From contig NC_086110.1 of NCBI RefSeq assembly GCF_963921235.1, forward strand, positions 23,498,001 to 23,562,000: a DNA stretch of 64,000 bases, read 5' to 3'. A program made the translations under genes and the position numbers. Below the pieces are notes generated by a model that was not told the origin of the DNA, made no database searches, and was given only the letters and a program-made list of their open reading frames with translations. Position 1 is the stretch's first letter. Every line of letters begins with the position of its first letter. This document shows positions 1-12,189 of the stretch, piece by piece. This DNA is from Mobula hypostoma (lineage: Eukaryota).

Positions 1-47
1 TCCTGCAAACTTGCTGCTTCCGAAAGTTCTGAAAGCTGACAGCAGAG

Positions 48-202
48 TGTCCTTCAAGAGGCACGGCCCACTTCAAAGTGTCCTTGAGGGAGGTGTTGTT
101 TACCTTGGTGCCCCCAAGGGAGGCACTGTCCACCTTAGGGCTCCTGAGGGAGATATTGTCCTGTCTGTCTCGAGGGAGATGTTGTTTGCCTCAGGGGCCC
201 CT
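48..202. repeat. Degenerate ~30-bp tandem repeat (about 5 copies)
   Basis: Recurring gtgtcctt/gtgccccc/gctcct + gagggagg/gagggaga + tgttgtt/cactgtcc blocks at roughly 30-bp spacing. Confidence 0.5.
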
Positions 203-869
203 GCATTTCATGTAAACTTCATTGAAAGGTCAGTGACAGTCAAATAGAGAAGGCAAGCCACTTCCAACCTGCCTGAGCATGAATGATCCGGAGGCACAAA
301 TGCTGGTTTCACATGATCGGAGCTGTTGACTGATTGTACAGCTGCTGGTTTGTATTAAACAAACCGTTCTCTGTGCCTATACAATGCTCTCTGTGCGACT
401 GAGTATGACACTTCATTATATGAATCCTGACCCTATGAAGCAACCCATAGAGAAAATCCTTGCACACAATGGGAATTGTCCCCTGCTCAGTCCACAATGA
501 TGGATGTGCCTTGGAAACAGTGGATTCCGTGGCTGAGGTATTCAAGTGATGAATACAGATTTACCTCAGATCTGAGTGCTGGGATGTTTTTGATGTAGAT
601 ATGCACGAAGTCCCTTCTTATTCATTCCATGTAGCAGCAGAATTGATGGATATGCATAATGCCTTCAGTTTGTCTTGTTCTGAGGTCACCCAGCCAAAGA
701 AGAAGCAAGAGCTTAAGGATTTCCTGCAAAGCAAGATTGATTGAATTTAGTCCAATGTGCTTTTGGCAATTCAAGTTTTCTTTTTAATGGGATAATTTGA
801 AGTCTGATGTTTTCTATAAATTTTACTCAGTCTCTCAACACCTGACCTGGCTGTGGTTTCTCCTGATCC

Positions 870-1330
870 CTTGTTGTTTAACCCATGACCTCTAGTTCTA
901 GTTTCACCCAAGCCCAGTGGATTAACCCTACCTAAACCCTTCATAATTTTGTATACTTGTATCAAATCTCCTTTTATTCTCCTATGCTCCAGGGAATAAA
1001 GTCCTATTCAACCTTTCCTTATAACTCAAGAACCAGAAACATTGTTGTAAATTTTCTCTGTACTCTTCCAATCTTATTAATAGCTTTTCTGTAGGTAGGT
1101 GATCAGAACTGCATGTAACACTCCAAATTTGGCCTCACCAAGGTCTTATACAACTTCAACATAACATTCCAACTCCTGTGCTCACTACTTCGATTTATGA
1201 AGGTCAATGTGCCAAAAGTTCTCTTTATGACCCTAACTACTTGTGATGCCACTTTCAAAGAATTCTGGATCTGTGCTCCCAGATCCCTTTGTTCTATCAC
1301 ACTCCTCAGAGCCCTGCCATTCACTGTGTG
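870..1330 (-). mobile_element. CR1 (HER1-like) LINE ORF2 C-terminal fragment
   Basis: Minus-strand translation MLKLYKTLVRPNLECYMQF and DLGAQIQNSLK, typical of the CR1 post-RT region; homologous to 1570-1990. Confidence 0.9.
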
Positions 1331-1990
1331 AGTCAAAGTCATAGAGCACCACAACACAGAAACAGGCCCTTCAGCCCATCTCGTGCATACCAAACTGTTA
1401 CTCTGTCTAGTCCCATCAATCTGCACCTAATCTTAACCCTCCATATCTTTTCAACTTCTCTTAAATGTTGAAACTGGACCCCCATCCTCAACTTCCTCTG
1501 GCATTCATGCCACCTTCTGAGTGAAGAAGATCCCCCTCAGGTTCCCCTTAAATATTTTGCCTTTCACCCCTAACCTTTGACCTCTAGTTCTAGTTTCACC
1601 CAACTTAAGTGGGATAAACCTGCTTGCATTAACTCTATCTATACCCTTATAATCGTGTACACCTCTATCAAATCTCCACACATTCTCCTACGCTCCAGAG
1701 CATAAAGTCCGAAACTATTCAACCTTTTCCTATAACTTAGTTCCTCAAGTCCCACAAATATTGTTGTAAATTTTCTCTATACTCTTCCAATCTTATTCAT
1801 AGCTTTCCTGTGGATTGGTGACCAGAACTACACACAATACTCTAAAATTGGCCCCATTGATGTTTTACCCAACTTCAACATAACATCCCGATTCCTGTGC
1901 TCAGTACTTTGATTTATGAAGATCAATGTGCCAGAAGTTCTGTTTACGATCCTATCTACCTATGATGCCACTTTCAAGGAATTATGGATA
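1331..1990 (-). mobile_element. CR1 LINE 3' end
   Basis: Reverse-complement CR1 3' UTR (gtcatagag..acagaaacaggcccttcagccc) followed by ORF2 C-terminal sequence (cacaatactc, tgatgccactttcaagga). Confidence 0.9.
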
Positions 1991-3120
1991 AATTATGGAT
2001 AGCCCATGGTGTTTCAGGAAAGATAGTAGCATGGATAGAGAATTGGCTGACTGGCAGAAGGCAAAGAGTGGGAATAAAAGGAGCCTTTTCTGATTGGCTG
2101 CCGGTGACTAGTGGTGCTCCACAGCAGTCTGTGTTTGCACCGCTTCTTATTATGTTGTATATCCATAACTTGGATTGCAGAATTGATGGCTTTATGGCCA
2201 AATGTGCAGATGATATGAAGATAGGGGGAGGGACAAGTAATATTGAGGAAGCAGGGAGTCTGCAGAAGGACTTGGACAAATTATGAGAAGGGCAAAGAAG
2301 TGGTAGGTGGAATACAGTGTTGGAAAATGTATATTCATGCTCTTTGGTAGAAGGAATAAAAGAATAGACTATTTTCTAAATGGGGAGAAAATTCAAAAAT
2401 ATGAGGTGCAAAAGGATTTGAGAGTCATTGTACAGAATTCCCTAAAGGTGAATTTGCAGGTTGAGTCGTTGGTGAGGAAGGCAAATGCAATGTTCGCATT
2501 CATTTCGAGAGGAGTAGAATATAAAAGCAAGGATGTAACGATGAGGTTTATAAGGCTCTGCTGAGGCCTCATGTGGAATATTGTGAGCAGTTTTGGGCCC
2601 CTTATCTAAGAAAGGATGTGCTGACATTGGAGAGGGTTCAGCGAAGGTTCATGAGAATGATTCCGGGAATGAGAAGCTTATCGCGTAAGGAGCAATTGAT
2701 GGCTCTGGGCCTTTATTCACTGGAATTTAGAAGAATGATGGGGGATCTCATTGAAACTTATTGAATGCTGAAAGGTCTAGGTAGAGTGGATTTGGAGAGG
2801 ATATTTCTAATGATGGGAAGTGTAGGACGAGAGGACACAGCCTCAGAATAGAGGGACATCCATTTATAATAGAGATGAGAAAGAATATCTTCAGCCAGAG
2901 ACTGGTGTAGCTGTGGAATTTGTTGCCACAAGTACCTGTGGAGGTCAGGTCATTGGGTGTATTTAAGGCAAAGGTTGGTAGATTCTTGATTATTCAGGTT
3001 ATGGGAGAAGGCAGAAGAATGGGTTTGAGAGGGAAATGGATCAGCCATGATGAAATGGCGGAGCAGACTAGATGGGCCGAAGGGCTGATTGTACTCCTAT
3101 GTTTTATGGTCTTGTGATCA
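1991..3120 (+). mobile_element. CR1 LINE, RT domain through 3' end (frameshifted)
   Basis: WIENWLTGRRQRV, VTSGAPQQSV, AKCADDMKIGG, EYCEQFWAPYLRKD; tail ttttatggtcttgtg. Confidence 0.95.
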
Positions 3121-3182
3121 GGCAGAATCTACGGAGAGGAATAAACAGTCAATGTTTTGGGCCAGAACCGTTCATCAAGGTA
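3121..3182 (-). mobile_element. Penelope-like element terminal remnant with decayed hammerhead motif
   Basis: ggcagaatctacggagaggaataaacagtcaatgttttgggccagaaccgttcatcaagg matches the PLE ends at 16.4, 33.3 and 59.9 kb. Confidence 0.65.
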
Positions 3183-3719
3183 TTTCATTGGCCTTTGTGT
3201 CTCTATTAAGCTGAGAAACAAGCTGGTATTCCCACTCTAAACCATGACTGCAAACCTTTACTGTAATCGGTTTGAGCTTTTACAATTAACTATTGCTCTC
3301 ATACCCAACTCCCTAACAGCATTGGAAAAGATGCTGCAGCGGAACTGTTAAAGGCCTACACTAATATCATCTATGCCTTTGTTATTGTCCTAAGTTTAGG
3401 CCTGTAAGCTGCATTCTGGAGTTTTGCTAGATTAAAGGCTAATATTACAAAATGTATCACAGATTGTTCCTGCCCATTAACAGTGTAGGGCACACCATTC
3501 CTCTGCTTAAAAGAGAACTGGGTGAAATCTTGATTGTGCAGTAGGAATATTTCTGTGCTTGTTCAGATAGTTGACCATGTTTATTCATTCTCAGGAAGTG
3601 TTTGTCATTGGCAGAGCAAGACGCACCAAGCTGCAGAGTCTGTTTTGTTTGATTTCTGTATTTAGAACTGAGCTGTATAAATAGTGGATTTCTATAAATA
3701 CGAAGAGAAAGAAAAACTG

Positions 3720-4090
3720 CCCAGCATTCCTTGCTGCCTAAAATGACCTCGGGACGACCTTAAGACTTTTATTGGCTGTACACAGTTATTATAATAAATG
3801 TGAAAGCTAATTTGTACACAGTGAGGGTCAATAATTTATAAGGAGGTAGCAGGTGTTTTAGGTTTGGTTGGGGGGATGAATATTGGTCAGGATCCTGCGG
3901 GGAAATCCGTGCAGTTCTTTGAAACAGTACCATGGGATCTCACATCCACCCAAGAGAGGTGAAGAGTTTTGGTTTAACATCTGAAATAAATGATGAGACA
4001 GCCTGTTGTATCTCCTCAACCAAGGACTGTTATTTCAGCCCACGTAACCTTCTGACTCTGAGGGGGGAATGCTATGCCTGAGCTATGGTT
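3720..4090 (-). mobile_element. Ancient Deu-domain SINE relic (SacSINE1/AmnSINE1-like)
   Basis: ggttggggggatgaatattggtcagga...ctttgaaacagtaccatgggatctcacatccacccaagagagg..tggtttaacatct resembles the Deu core. Confidence 0.65.
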
Positions 4091-4279
4091 TTGTGGGAAT
4101 CCTTTCAATACATTTCAAAAAGTGCTCTTCCATTGACCTAAGTCCAACATAATTATGGGGAGATAATACAGTGATTAGGCAGCTATTGCGTCTTTCTTAG
4201 TTTTGTATCATTCATTTATCCCCTTACCAATACTGATGGAAAATAACCAAAACTGAAGTCCATTTGGATCTCAAACTGA

Positions 4280-4478
4280 AGAGATCTTGCAGATGCTGGA
4301 AATCCAGAGTAACACATTCAAGATGCTGGAGGAACCCAACAGCTCAGGCAGCATCTATGGAGTCGACATTTCAGGCTGAGACTCTTACAAGGAACAGTTG
4401 CCATTTTGGGCTGGAATGCTGACTGTTCATTCTTCTCCATGCGAGCTACCTGACCTACTGAGCTCCTCCAGCATTCTT
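4280..4478. mobile_element. PLE-derived short element with inverted ends
   Basis: gcagatgctggaaatcc..gatgctggaggaac..caggcagcatc on the left; inverted ctgacctactgagctcctccagcatt on the right. Confidence 0.75.
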
Positions 4479-4535
4479 ATTCCCTCCTGGATCATATTGT
4501 TCAGAATGCATTGCCTGAAAGGATAGTGGACGCTG

Positions 4536-4990
4536 GTCAGGTCATCGTCTGAGTGCTACTGGCAACCCAGTACTACCTGTCGCATGGTCGGGTGGTCGGC
4601 GACTAAACCGGCTCCCCCACCAGGCTTGCCTGTTGAGGAGGGTGGCTAGACACCCTGCAGGATGAAAAGCAAGACCTGTCAAAGGGCGGATGAACCTTCT
4701 CGTAGGGTCAACGACCATCTAGCAAACCCATGAAGCACGGAAAGGGCATCCCTTGCATCGAAGCTTGGTCTGGCTATTCACTGCAACAGAACTTCCCCCA
4801 GCTGTCTTGGACCCCACCATGCCGCTGGATCTGGGAGGGGATGTCGAGAGGGTGGGTCTGAACCTGTGCAACCTCCTACTCACCTAAAATCCACTCACGC
4901 TCACGCTGTTCCTTTCTGAGGAGTGGGGTACCACCCCACTAACTGACTGAAAGGCACCATCATCATCCTATAGGATGGATAGCCAGAGAG
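4536..4990 (+). mobile_element. RTE-derived non-autonomous retroelement (5'UTR-like body plus RTE-type tail)
   Basis: 11-bp TSD agtggacgctg (4525-4535) / agtggatgctg (4991-5001); tail ccatcatcatcctataggatggatagcc(ag)n; shares motifs with 20889-21461. Confidence 0.75.
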
Positions 4991-5609
4991 AGTGGATGCT
5001 GATTTAAAACTGTAGTAATTTTTAAATAGGAAGATGTTGCATAATTTCCAGGGGAGAGAAGAGATGTGGGCACACTTGCACAGCTGTACAGGGACAGACA
5101 GTGGGCTGAATCATCTTTCCTGTGTGATTCTGTGATTCTAAACTCTAAAACTTTTTTTTCATGGGATGAGCAACGTGCCTGGAATGTTTTGAGTGTAAAA
5201 GTTAGTGAAACCTGAACCTTTGCTGGTCAGCTCGGGAGCTGGCATGCAATTCCATCTGGAATGCACTGTTTAACCAGGACCACAGAGATCAAATGGCAAG
5301 CTGAAATACAAAGCTGCAACTACAAAATTCAGCAATAATGAGGGGAAGTCAGCTGTTATTTTGGGGAGGTATTTGTTCTGGCTTAATATTGAATATACAG
5401 AACAACATCCATTGTCTAGCAGATGTGCTGCATACAGACTGTTTCTTAGACTAAATATTTAAGGAAATAATACACAATTCCATCTGTGATGCAAGAGGAG
5501 GAGCTCACAAAATAATCTGGATTTAAATCCTTACAGTGGTTTGGAATTTTTTAAAATATAGTTCCCTCAAACTACTTAAGAGAGGGGATAAAAGAAAAAA
5601 AACAACTGT

Positions 5610-5960
5610 TTTTCATGATCTCAGGACATTTCAGGAAGCTTTATGGGAGAACAGAAGTACATTTAACTTAATGTGGGCGGCAGGCACTATTTCACACAGC
5701 AAGGTCACGTAAACAGTAGTGAATCCAAACACCATATAACTGATATTGTCAGATCTTGCATGATCTTCAAATATTGTTTCAGGATGTTTTATGTCCACTT
5801 GTGAGGGCAGAGAGGACCTTGATATAACATCTTACTTAAAGGCAGTGTTGCGGTTCCTTGGGGGATCTGCTGAACTGTTAGTCCAAGTTGCGTGATCAAG
5901 CCTCTTGGCTTGGACTTAAATCCGCAGGTGAGAGTGCAATTCACTAAGGCAAGGTTGGTG
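5610..5960 (-). mobile_element. Degraded Deu-domain SINE relic
   Basis: catgatctcaggacatttca..cacacagcaaggtcacgtaaacag..ggatgttttatgtccacttgtgagggcaga, similar to 3720-4090. Confidence 0.55.
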
Positions 5961-6129
5961 TTGAGAAGTAGGTGAAATTGCACAAACAAGACTCAATAAA
6001 GCATTAAACAAAGAAGTGTTAGTTCACAATTTGGATTTAAAGATGACCGTATACTACTGTGGTGGGTCATACAGTATCTCAGTATTGGTGAGACAGAGTA
6101 CAGGGAGGAGCTAGAGAGTTTAGTAACAT

Positions 6130-8032
6130 GGTGTCAAGGTCAGCAAATAAAAGAGCAAGTCATTGACTTCAGGAAGGCGTGTGATGCACACACTCACGTC
6201 TACATCAATGCTTCTGAGGTTAGGAGGGTGCAGAGCCTAAATTTCGTAGGATTGCACATGTTCTCAACAATAGCTTGTACTGATCCAACCACATAGATGC
6301 CACAGGCAATAAAAAACACTCACTAAGGCCTCTACTTACTTTGGAGGCTTAAGAAATTTGATGTGTCCCCGTTGACCTTACCAACTTTTATCAATGTACA
6401 TAGAAAGCATCCTATCTGGATCATGGCTTTGTATGGCAAATACTCTCTCTGCACATAACCATGAGAAACTGCAGAGAGTTGTTGGCACAGCTCAGAACAT
6501 CAGGGAAACCATCTATGTCTTTACTTCTCACTGCCTTAGTCAAGCAGCCAGCATAATCAAAGATCCACCCACCTTGGACATCCTCTCTTCTCTCCTCTCC
6601 CATCGGGCAAAAGATACTAATCCCTGAAAGGACAAATACCTATGTCAGGGTGTTGTTTGTTGACTATAGCTCTGCACTTAACACTATCATTTCCACAGTC
6701 CTGATCAATAAGCTACAGAACCTGGGCCTCTGTACCTCCCTGTGCAACTGGATCCTCAACTTCCTAACTGGAAGAACTCAATTTGTGCAGATTGGTGATA
6801 ATATCTCCTCCTTGCTGATGGTCAATACTGGCACACCTCAGGGGTATGTGCTTAGCCCACTGCTTTACTCTCTCTGTACCTGTGACTCAGGTATAGCTCA
6901 GATGCCATCTATAAAATTGCTGATGATACAACCATAGTAGAATCTCAGATGGAGATGAGAGGGCATACAGGGGCGAAATACACCAGCTAGTTGAGTGGTG
7001 TCGCAGCAACAATCTTGCACTAAATGTTAATAAGATGAAAGAGCTGAGTGTGGGCTTCAGGAAAGTTAAGATGAGGGAACATGAACCAATCCTCATAGAG
7101 GGATCAGAAGTGGAGAGAGTGAGCAAATTCAAGTTCCTGGGTGTCAACATCTCTGAGGATTTAACCTGGTCCCAACATCCTGATTTGCAGCTATAAAGAA
7201 GGCAAGACAGCAGTTATATTTCATTAGGAGTTTGAGGAAATTTGGTTTGTCACCTAAACCACTCAAGCTTCTATGGTTGTACCGTGGAGGGCATACTGAC
7301 AGGCTGCATCATTGTCTGGTATGGGGGAACTACTGCACAGGACCGAAGGAAGCTACAGAAAATTGTAAAATTAGTCAGCTCCTTCTTGGGTACTAACCTC
7401 CATAATATCCAAAACATCTTCAAGGAGCCGTGCCTCATAAAGGCGGCATCCATTATTAAGGACCCCCATCACCCTCTTCTCGTTGTTACTGTCAGGAAGG
7501 AGGTACAGAAGCCTGAAGGCACACATTCAGCGATTTAGGAACAGCTTCTTCCCTTCTGCCATACAATTTCCAACCCCATCGAACCCATGAACACTACCTT
7601 ACTTTTAAAATGTATATTATTTCTGCCTTTTGCACTATTTTTAATTTAACTATTTAATATATACTTACTGTAATTGATTTACCTTTTTTCTATATTATCA
7701 TGTATTACATTGTATTGCTGCTGCCAAGTTAACAAATGTCATGACACATGTCGGCTAATTCTGATCTAGCCCACTCTTTTAAGGCTTGAATGGTTCCTTA
7801 GTATGACAAAATGGACTCTTGACCTCATGATCTACCTTGTTATGGTCTTGCAACTTATTGTTTACCAGCACTGCACTCTCTCTGTAGTTGTTACACTTCA
7901 TTCTTCATTCTGTAATTGTTTTGCGCTGTACGACCTTAACACACTGTGTATGATATGATCTGGTATGAACAGTATGAAAGACAGGGTTTTTTTTACTGTA
8001 TCTCAGCACGCGCCAATAATAAACCAATTCTA
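6130..8032 (+). mobile_element. Older Rex1/Babar-like LINE 3' portion, split by the younger copy at 6629-7768
   Basis: IESILSG, KLQRVVGTAQNI, AASIIKDP motifs at 6394-6627; 3' UTR resumes near 7769 and ends aataataaaccaattc. Confidence 0.75.
6629..7768 (+). mobile_element. Rex1/Babar-like LINE, RT domain to 3' tail
   Basis: LFVDYSSALNTI, LCNWILNFLTGR, NTGTPQGYVLSPLLYSL, aaattgctgatgatacaacc (ADDTT), ILTGCIIVWYG. Confidence 0.92.
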
Positions 8033-8915
8033 ATTATTGACCCACCCATAAGATCTACTTCAGTTCTGATGCTGGTTCCGTAATCATTTCATTACCACAA
8101 AATACAGTGAAACACGATCCAGACACAGGCTGTCACAGATTCAAAAGACATGACATGCTGATAGGATTCGAGTGAGTTACAAGGTGTGACAGCGTTGGGC
8201 TCTGTGTTGTCATCACAGATCAGACTACAGAGCTGTGGGAGGAAATGTTACTGAGGGCAGAAAGAAATTCTGAACGTAGAATGTGGTAGTCAAGATGTGG
8301 GAGGCAAATGTTTAGTCACCATGTTTTGTTGAATATGGTACTTTGTTTCAAATTTTCTGTTTAAGAATCCACAAAACTCCTCTGGGACTTCTTTTGTATC
8401 CTGTTACACACCTCCTTCTCAGTTCCCAACAAATCTCTGATTTGGCATCTTCTGTGCTGTAACCCACCGTGGTTCAATTGACCACAGGAATGTTCTGCTT
8501 ACACAAGTATCTCAGCATTAATATTGTAATGACAATGAAGAATGTAGAACTGAAAAAAAGAATCTCTTGCAGAGTGCTGGGCCTTTAGCATGGCCAGTAG
8601 CAATGTAGTATATCACACAGATGGTAGAATTCTAATCCACCATAGTCAAGTATTATAAACTGTAATGTATAATGTACACTGATAAATATCAGAAATATCT
8701 GGACTGTAAATGGTTCTGACTGGACAGGAAGTGTCTATTTTTTCTCATGGGTTTTTGAGCTTAGTGGTCTAACTGTAAAAGATTTAAATCAGAGGGAGTC
8801 ACACTGTGCTGTGGCCCAGACTATCCACTGCTAGATGTACTAAGCTTAACCCAACAGTTTACAAACCTGCAGGCTTAGGCCTCAGCTCCTACTCCTGCTG
8901 TGGGAAATGGGAGCA

Positions 8916-11685
8916 TCTGAGAGAGAGTTGGGGAGAGGAGGAATATGGTCTGAGAGAGAGTTGGGGAGAGGAGGAATATGGTCTGAGAGAGAGATGGGGA
9001 GAGGAGGAATATGGTCTGAGAGAGAGTTGGGGAGAGGAGGAATATGGTCTGAGAGAGAGTTGGGGAGAGGAGGAATATGGTCTGAGAGAGAGTTGGGGAG
9101 AGGAGGAATATGGTCTGAGAGAGAGTTGGGGAGAGGAGGAATATGGTCTGAGAGAGAGTTGGGGAGAGGAGGAATATGGTCTGAGAGAGAGATGGGAGAG
9201 GAGGAATATGGTCTGAGAGAGAGTTGGGGAGAGGAGGAATATGGTCTGAGAGAGAGATGGGAGAGGAGGAATATGGTCTGAGAGAGAGTTGGGGAGAGGA
9301 GGAATATGGTCTGAGAGAGAGATGGGGAGAGGAGGAATATGGTCTGAGAGAGAGTTGGGGAGAGGAGGAATATGGTCTGAGAGAGAGTTGGGGAGAGGAG
9401 GAATATGGTCTGAGAGAGAGTTGGGGAGAGGAGGAATATGGTCTGAGAGAGAGTTGGGGAGAGGAGGAATATGGTCTGAGAGAGAGTTGGGGAGAGGAGG
9501 AATATGGTCTGAGAGAGAGTTGGGGAGAGGAGGAATATGGTCTGAGAGAGAGTTGGGGAGAGGAGGAATATGGTCTGAGAGAGAGTTGGGGAGAGGAGGA
9601 ATATGGTCTGAGAGAGAGTTGGGGAGAGGAGGAATATGGTCTGAGAGAGAGTTGGGAGAGGAGGAATATGGTCTGAGAGAGAGTTGGGGAGAGGAGGAAT
9701 ATGGTCTGAGAGAGAGATGGGGAGAGGAGGAATATGGTCTGAGAGAGAGTTGGGGAGAGGAGGAATATGGTCTGAGAGAGAGTTGGGAGAGGAGGAATAT
9801 GGTCTGAGAGAGAGTTGGGGAGAGGAGGAATATGGTCTGAGAGAGAGTTGGGGAGAGGAGGAGGAATATGGTCTGAGAGAGAGATGGGAGAGGAGGAATA
9901 TGGTCTGAGAGAGAGTTGGGGAGAGGAGGAATATGGTCTGAGAGAGAGTTGGGGAGAGGAGGAATATGGTCTGAGAGAGAGTTGGGGAGAGGAGGAATAT
10001 GGTCTGAGAGAGAGTTGGGGAGAGGAGGAATATGGTCTGAGAGAGAGTTGGGGAGAGGAGGAATATGGTCTGAGAGAGAGTTGGGGAGAGGAGGAATATG
10101 GTCTGAGAGAGAGATGGGAGAGGAGGAATATGGTCTGAGAGAGAGATGGGAGAGGAGGAATATGGTCTGAGAGAGAGATGGGAGAGGAGGAATATGGTCT
10201 GAGAGAGAGTTGGGGAGAGGAGGAATATGGTCTGAGAGAGAGTTGGGGAGAGGAGGAATATGGTCTGAGAGAGAGTTGGGGAGAGGAGGAATATGGTCTG
10301 AGAGAGAGATGGGAGAGGAGGAATATGGTCTGAGAGAGAGATGGGAGAGGAGGAATATGGTCTGAGAGAGAGATGGGAGAGGAGGAATATGGTCTGAGAG
10401 AGAGTTGGGGAGAGGAGGAATATGGTCTGAGAGAGAGTTGGGGAGAGGAGGAATATGGTCTGAGAGAGAGTTGGGGAGAGGAGGAATATGGTCTGAGAGA
10501 GAGTTGGGGAGAGGAGGAATATGGTCTGAGAGAGAGATGGGAGAGGAGGAATATGGTCTGAGAGAGAGTTGGGGAGAGGAGGAATATGGTCTGAGAGAGA
10601 GTTGGGGAGAGGAGGAATATGGTCTGAGAGAGAGTTGGGGAGAGGAGGAATATGGTCTGAGAGAGAGTTGGGGAGAGGAGGAATATGGTCTGAGAGAGAG
10701 TTGGGGAGAGGAGGAATATGGTCTGAGAGAGAGTTGGGAGAGGAGGAATATGGTCTGAGAGAGAGTTGGGGAGAGGAGGAATATGGTCTGAGAGAGAGAT
10801 GGGGAGAGGAGGAATATGGTCTGAGAGAGAGTTGGGGAGAGGAGGAATATGGTCTGAGAGAGAGATGGGAGAGGAGGAATATGGTCTGAGAGAGAGTTGG
10901 GGAGAGGAGGAATATGGTCTGAGAGAGAGTTGGGGAGAGGAGGAATATGGTCTGAGAGAGAGATGGGGAGAGGAGGAATATGGTCTGAGAGAGAGTTGGG
11001 GAGAGGAGGAATATGGTCTGAGAGAGAGTTGGGGAGAGGAGGAATATGGTCTGAGAGAGAGTTGGGGAGAGGAGGAATATGGTCTGAGAGAGAGTTGGGG
11101 AGAGGAGGAATATGGTCTGAGAGAGAGTTGGGGAGAGGAGGAATATGGTCTGAGAGAGAGTTGGGGAGAGGAGGAATATGGTCTGAGAGAGAGTTGGGAG
11201 AGGAGGAATATGGTCTGAGAGAGAGTTGGGGAGAGGAGGAATATGGTCTGAGAGAGAGATGGGAGAGGAGGAATATGGTCTGAGAGAGAGTTGGGGAGAG
11301 GAGGAATATGGTCTGAGAGAGAGTTGGGGAGAGGAGGAATATGGTCTGAGAGAGAGTTGGGGAGAGGAGGAATATGGTCTGAGAGAGAGTTGGGGAGAGG
11401 AGGAATATGGTCTGAGAGAGAGATGGGAGAGGAGGAATATGGTCTGAGAGAGAGATGGGAGAGGAGGAATATGGTCTGAGAGAGAGATGGGAGAGGAGGA
11501 ATATGGTCTGAGAGAGAGTTGGGGAGAGGAGGAATATGGTCTGAGAGAGAGTTGGGGAGAGGAGGAATATGGTCTGAGAGAGAGATGGGAGAGGAGGAAT
11601 ATGGTCTGAGAGAGAGTTGGGGAGAGGAGGAATATGGTCTGAGAGAGAGTTGGGGAGAGGAGGAATATGGTCTGAGAGAGAGTTG
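8916..11685. repeat. 33-bp purine-rich minisatellite, about 84 copies
   Basis: Unit gagagagagttggggagaggaggaatatggtct with minor variants (atgggg, atggg, ttggg; one +gag unit near 9860). Confidence 0.99.
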
Positions 11686-11709
11686 AGCTGGTGAGGGGGG
11701 GGGGGGTTC

Positions 11710-11950
11710 CAATTCTCCATATACTCCCTCTACTGCCTGTATGATCTCTTTCCTTTTATTCTCTCTTCATCTCTAGCTTCTCCTCTTACTATCTCCCCAT
11801 TGCAGCTCTCTCTGCTCCCCATTCTCCTTCTCTCTTCTTTCCCACTCCTCCTCTTTTGATTTGCCCATTTTCTTTAACCTTCTCTCTCTATCTCCCCCTT
11901 TTCTAAAGCCCACTCTGCTTCCCCTTTCCTCAAAGAGTGTGCTTTTCCTT
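11710..11950. repeat. CT-rich low-complexity tract
   Basis: Strongly pyrimidine-biased sequence immediately after the minisatellite and a G run. Confidence 0.8.
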
Positions 11951-12189
11951 TGGACTATTCAAAGTTAGCGATGTTTCATACTGTTTTACAGTGCATTTAA
12001 ACCTGCAGTTAACTCATGATTTTAACATTTTTTAATTGCATTTAAATATTTAATTGCTCAAAGCTATACTTCTCAAGTTAAAACATCAAAATTGTTAATG
12101 TTATAATGTTAACATCATGTTGTAATGTTACAATGAGTAGGAACTGAGATTTTTGAAGTGTAATAATCTGGTTATAATTTTTTGCTGTG

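Noticed and set aside
8916-11685. CRISPR-like regular repeat
   Set aside because: Units are head-to-tail with no unique spacers, there are no cas genes, and the context is vertebrate.
8875-11720. 945-aa and 943-aa minus-strand ORFs and many + strand repeat ORFs
   Set aside because: They are artefacts of a 33-bp unit lacking stops on the pyrimidine strand. The 32-bp variants shift frames freely, which shows no coding constraint.
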